From assembly GCA_035221665.1 (NCBI GenBank), contig CM069153.1, forward strand, positions 32,364,001 through 32,428,000: 64,000 nucleotides of DNA, written 5' to 3'. The translations under genes and the position numbers were made by a program. This document shows positions 62,811-64,000 of this stretch, one piece after another. The first letter of the stretch is position 1, and each line of letters begins with the position of its first letter. The DNA comes from Okamejei kenojei (Eukaryota). The notes under the pieces are model-generated. The model was not told the origin of the DNA. It saw only the letters and a program-made list of their open reading frames with translations, and did no database searches.

Positions 62811-63394
62811 CTGAAATAAAAAGAGACCAAACAATTAACAATCTGCTTCGCGAGAGTCAGAGTTGTGCAGCATAGAAACAGGCCCATTGGCCCACCATGT
62901 CTACGATGACCATCGTGCCTGTACGCTTGGCTGCATTAATTCCCTATCTCTCTATGCTTGCCAATTTAAATATCCGCAAGATGTATGTTTATTGTTATCG
63001 TTTCTGCCTCCACCACCTCTCTGACAACTAATTCTAGATACTAATTCTCAATGTGAGAAGCTTTACCCCACAGATCCCCTTAAACCTCCTCCCTCTGACC
63101 TTAAAACAATGCCCTCTGGTTTTGGACATCCTACCATGGGAAACAGACACTGACTATCCATGCCTCTCATCATTTCATCTACATCCTTCATATCACCTCA
63201 GTCTCCATCGCTCCTGGGAAAAAATACATTTAATCTCTCCTCATAAGCCTTCGAATCCACAGGCAAATTAGATTAAACAAAGGACTATGTTGGCAAGGGC
63301 CCTTTAACGGGCTTCTATCGCATGGAGCAGATCATAGATTTGTTTCAAATTATGGTCATTATTACCAAATAGCAAAAGTGCCAGCTCGTCCGAA

Positions 63395-63448
63395 TAATAC
63401 AAGATAGCAACAAATGACTACTAATACAAGATAGCAACAAATGACCAC
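63395..63448. repeat. 27-bp tandem duplication (taatacaagatagcaacaaatgacYac x2)
   Basis: Directly visible. Confidence 0.9.
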
Positions 63449-64000
63449 TTGTAGTCATAGGATTGGCAGAGAGGCATATTAGCCAGAGTTTAGAGAACTC
63501 CACTGCACTTCTTCGCTAGGAGAACTCTTGTCGTTGACCCGAGAGCCTTGCTCCATGTTTCATCAGCAGCCTCGACCCTTCCCCAGTCTCCGAAGAAGAA
63601 ACTGTAGCGGGTTCCGTGGGCTGTTGGCAGTGGAAGGGTTAACAGCTCAGCCTGACCCTAAGATCGCCTAAACTGGTCAGCTTGTTGTCTGTAATGGCAG
63701 AGCAGAGCGCCAAACTACAGGGCAGCTGCACGAGGAGACAAACATTGTGCTATTGGAAGATTAATCAACTGTGAAAGATGCACTTTTGTATTTCCCAGTG
63801 AAACGAGATGTCCACCGCGTACAATATTATTATAGCATATAACATTATTATTATAGTATTATTCAAATAATCCACATTAGTGCCACTAATGTATTGGCTT
63901 GAGAATACAATACATGTAACTAAAGACATGTACTGATTGTATTATATTTCCTGTATAATATTTCTTATGAATAATGTGTTTTGGGAAGGAAGGTTGGCCA

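Noticed and set aside
62387-62887. Several overlapping ORFs of 83-166 aa on both strands
   Set aside because: These are by-products of the GC-rich, Pro-rich Caskin exon. Only the 62500-62841(-) frame has homology and splice sites.
63490-63620. Possible further Caskin exon on the minus strand (GC-richer patch after ccaacag)
   Set aside because: All three frames reach stops, and I found no convincing donor and no Caskin similarity.

Overview
Vertebrate genomic DNA, most likely from a cartilaginous fish (skate/ray-like), inferred from the HE1/V-SINE, CR1, Rex1/Babar and Penelope repeat landscape. The + strand carries the 3' part of TMEM94 (KIAA0195/ERMA, an atypical P-type-ATPase-like ER membrane protein): 23 GT-AG coding exons from 20 to the stop at 46076, about 1042 aa in this window, with the 5' exons upstream of the window. 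All splice phases match except the first exon, which has one extra T at 110-112 (apparent +1 frameshift, probably an assembly error). The - strand carries the last two coding exons of a Caskin gene (62810-62504 and 59493-59400), probably CASKIN2 by synteny, converging tail-to-tail with TMEM94 across long candidate 3' UTRs. Introns are dense in CR1 and Rex1/Babar LINE fragments, tRNA-derived V-SINEs, three distinct PIF/Harbinger-type MITEs and many Penelope-like element (PLE) pieces. The most notable non-coding signal is a recurrent PLE terminal module containing a minimal hammerhead-ribozyme-like core (CUGAAGA-A-stem II-GAAAC-GUH). It occurs as short solo insertions with target-site duplications and as palindromic pairs, one of which encloses an inverted copy of nearby intron sequence. 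There is a 155-N gap at 45495-45649. No prokaryotic features, CRISPR arrays, rRNA or tRNA genes were seen. All homology calls are from recall of the protein and repeat families; no database search was run.
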